DNA of 64,000 nucleotides, from positions 44,952,001 to 45,016,000 of the forward strand of contig NW_024704742.1 in assembly GCF_018977255.1 (NCBI RefSeq), in the 5' to 3' direction. Below, in pieces: positions 61,396 to 64,000 of this stretch. The translations under genes and the position numbers were made by a program. Within the stretch, counting starts at the first letter, position 1; the number at the start of each line of letters is the position of its first letter. This DNA is from Callorhinchus milii (Eukaryota). Below the pieces are notes generated by a model, which saw nothing but the letters and a program-made list of their open reading frames with translations, did not search any database and had not been told where the DNA came from.

Positions 61396-63290
61396 CAACA
61401 ACAACAACAACCAAATTACATTTATAAAGCGCCTTTCACGTCGGGAGGATGTCCCAAGGCCCTGGACAGTCAGGGGTCAGGACCCGAGCACTGGGAAGTG
61501 GGGTAGGGGTGAGGGAAGGCAGAGAAATGGAAGGGTGACTGAAGGCATGATCATAGAAGAGGGTCTTGAGACCGTCCTTGAAGGAGGCAAGGAAGGAAGT
61601 GAAGTGATGGGACTGTGGGATGGAGATCCACAGTGTGAGGACAGAGAGGTTGAAAGCCCGGCCACTGATGGTAGGGTGGGTTGGGCGGGAGACATGGAGC
61701 AGGTCGGAACCCGCTGAATGGAGGGAGTGGGCAGGTTGGTAGGGAGTCAGCAGGTCAGAAAGGTAGAAGGGTGCGAGGCCATGGATGGCTTTGAAAGTGA
61801 GGATGAGGATCTTGAATTTGATTCACTGAGAGATGGTGAGCCAGTGGAATCGGGCGAGGGTGAGTGGAGTCCTTTAGCTCAGCGGTTAGAGCACTCGCCT
61901 TGCAGGCGAGACTCCTGGGTTCAATACCAGGCAGGGCGAAACCTTGGGCAAGTTTCCTTAAACCACACGCCTAATAATAATTCCTCCAAAAATGGAGCGG
62001 ATGTGGGGGAGAAAGAACATTTCAGGATCCAACAAGACACCCGGGTTCCTGACTGGCTTAGTGAGGTTGAGTGTGCAGCCATGGAGGCTGATGCTACCAG
62101 CACCCGAGATGCGGAGGCGCTGGCGTGAACCAATCAGGAGGGCCTCAGTCTTGCTGATGTTGAGTTGGAGAAACTTGTCCCTCATCCAGGACTTGATGTC
62201 GGACAGGCAGTCGATCAGGACATCAGTAGTCCTGGAGTTGAGGGTGGAGGCAGAGAGGTAGAGTTGGGTGTCATCCGCACACATGTGGAAATTAACCCTG
62301 TGTCTGCGGATGATGTCACCAAGGGGGAGCATGTAGAGGGTGAAGAAGTGGGGACTGAGGACAGAGCCCTGAGAAACGCAGCATGAGATGGTGCGGGGGC
62401 TGGAGGAGAAGCCATTTGCAGAGATGAAGTGGAGGCGGTGTGAAAGTTAGGACCTGAACCAGTCAAGGACAGAACCTTGAAGATTGAGGTGTGAGGAGAA
62501 GCGGTGGAAGAGGATTGAGTGGTCCACAGGATCAAAGGCGATGGAGAGGTCGAGGAGGAAGAGGGAGACCCTGTCACACATGATCAGGATATTATTTTTT
62601 ACCTTGACCAGAGCAGTTTCAGTGCTGTGGGCAGCACAGAAGCACAATTGGAGGGATTCATGGAAGGAGTGGGAGAAGAGGAAAAGTGAAGCTGTGAGGC
62701 GGCAGCTCTCCCAAAGAGGCCCCGGGTGATCACCAGGTCGAGCGGGTGGCCATGGACTTGGGTAGCAGAGTGGATGTGGAGGGAGAGGTTGAGAGAAGAG
62801 AGAAGAGAGGAGAAGTCTGAGGAGGTGGAACAAGATGGGGTTAAGTGTAGGTTGAAGTCGCCTAGGATGATGAGGTGGTCGGAGCAGAAGCATGGGGAAG
62901 CTAAAAGCGTGGTGATGTCAGAGATGAAGGTGGGGGAGGATATTGGGGTGCGGTAAATTAGGAGAATTTTTAGTAAGAGGTGGGAGGGATGGCAGAGGGT
63001 AAGGTGTTCAAAAAAGAGGAATGAGCCAGTGGAGTAGGGGGATAGGGCAAGTGATGCCCTGGAGATCAGGGCCACACCACCGTCATGGCGATTGGGGCGT
63101 GGGGCATGATGGTAGGTATAGCCGGGTGGTGTGGCCTCAGTGAGCGGGAAGGTGTCAGCTGGGATGATCCAGGTTTCCATGAGGGCCATAATATCAACGT
63201 TCTCATCAAGGATGAGATCATTGACTTCCAGGGTCTTATATGCAGATGGAACGGACATTTGAAGGTTAATGCGGAGAGGACAGTTGGCAT
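61396..63290 (-). pseudogene. L2-clade LINE with APE endonuclease, RT and 3' end; internally deleted and SINE-interrupted
   Basis: ORF 62599..63321 has APE motifs (IMALMETW, GGVALI, IYRTP, ILGDFNLH, HPLDLV); [20 protein letters not shown]; (CAA)n tail at about 61397. Confidence 0.96.
61864..61992 (+). mobile_element. SINE 5' half inside L2 (3' part lost)
   Basis: gtggagtcctttagctcagcggttagagcactcgccttgc...cctaataataattcctcc, then L2 sequence resumes. Confidence 0.93.
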
Positions 63291-63869
63291 TAATATTCCT
63301 GTTAATATTCAGGTCATACATATCACAACATTATTTTTGGTTTAACGTTTCAATGTGTTATTGGTTATCTAATAATGGTAAAACTCCTGACAGGTATTGC
63401 TTTCAACAAGATGTCAATGAGATATTTTTCGTTTAGATCTAAAGACAATCAGTTGTGCATTTGCTATTAACTACAGAAAGGGGCTGGCACATCACAAGCT
63501 GTCCTGTAAGTGTTCTCCCATCATCCTGAAGGCAGATGTCTGCTGATAGCTGATGAGAAAACTCTGAGGCCTGGAGTGATGGCTGCTTGAAGGCGATATC
63601 TAGAGTCCAAGATCATGAACACGTGTCCAGCAACAGGAATCACCTTGTTTAGTTTGCAGCTATTACTCAAGCTCTGCATCTCTAACTGGTGGAACCTAAC
63701 CTCAGTGGGAAAGGATGTGTGTCCGTGCTGTGGGCAAGAAGATGATGGCAATTCTCTCATGCATTTCATGCTGAGCTAAGCAGCATCGCCCACCACAAAG
63801 CTTATAGGGAGTTTCTTATACCTACAATGCACCTAGTGGAAGCTCAATGTCAAATAACAAATGACCAAC

Positions 63870-64000
63870 TATTGACTATCCTCCAGGGTAGAGGAGGTAT
63901 CTGGCTCCAAGGTGACATTCCTGGCAATAGAATGCCAGAAACAAACCAATTGGATGTGGCAGTCTCAATATTCCAGTTTCTGAGTCAGGCAGGTCTGCAG
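63870..64000 (+). repeat. Unclassified dispersed repeat (copy 4, runs to window edge; may begin earlier)
   Basis: ctatcctcc...ctggctccaaggtgacattcctggcaatagaat...ctgagtcaggcaggtc. Confidence 0.7.

Noticed and set aside
371..62000. Recurrent palindromic ~35-bp motif (gcgctttgggacgtcctcccgacgtgaaaagcgc) as CRISPR repeats or attC-like sites
   Set aside because: Irregular spacing, both orientations, always at L2/SINE 3' ends; vertebrate DNA with no cas or integrase genes
6312..63290. Strand bias of LINEs as evidence for host gene orientation
   Set aside because: The long L2 copies are minus-strand but many L2, CR1 and SINE fragments are plus-strand; too few for inference

Overview
Eukaryotic (vertebrate) non-coding DNA, most likely a long intron or intergenic region of a cartilaginous fish, probably a chimaera/holocephalan. 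The taxon is inferred only from the repeat families and is not proven. A large share of the window is decayed non-LTR retrotransposon sequence. There are L2-clade LINEs: four longer minus-strand copies at about 1.0-1.6, 6.3-8.8, 22.0-23.4 and 61.4-63.3 kb with reverse-transcriptase and, in two, APE-endonuclease remnants, plus many 3' fragments ending in (TTG)n. There are CR1-clade LINE 3' fragments. There are two groups of tRNA-derived SINEs sharing the L2-type 3' tail: an old Deu-domain SINE (SacSINE1/AmnSINE1-like) and a younger chimeric SINE (tRNA-Ala-like head, CORE-like segment, Deu 3' part, L2 tail, (ATT)n). No intact host gene, RNA gene, CRISPR array or prokaryotic feature is supported; every recognisable ORF is LINE ORF2 debris. 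A few weak exon candidates are noted. I did not find a convincing new biological system. The most interesting observations are an age series of SINE 3' stem-loops that converges on the young L2 tail, SINE-derived hairpins (one with shared derived variants, one perfect 23-bp snap-back), an unclassified dispersed repeat with four copies, a palindromic MITE-like element, and several nested or rearranged insertions. Boundaries of old repeats are approximate.
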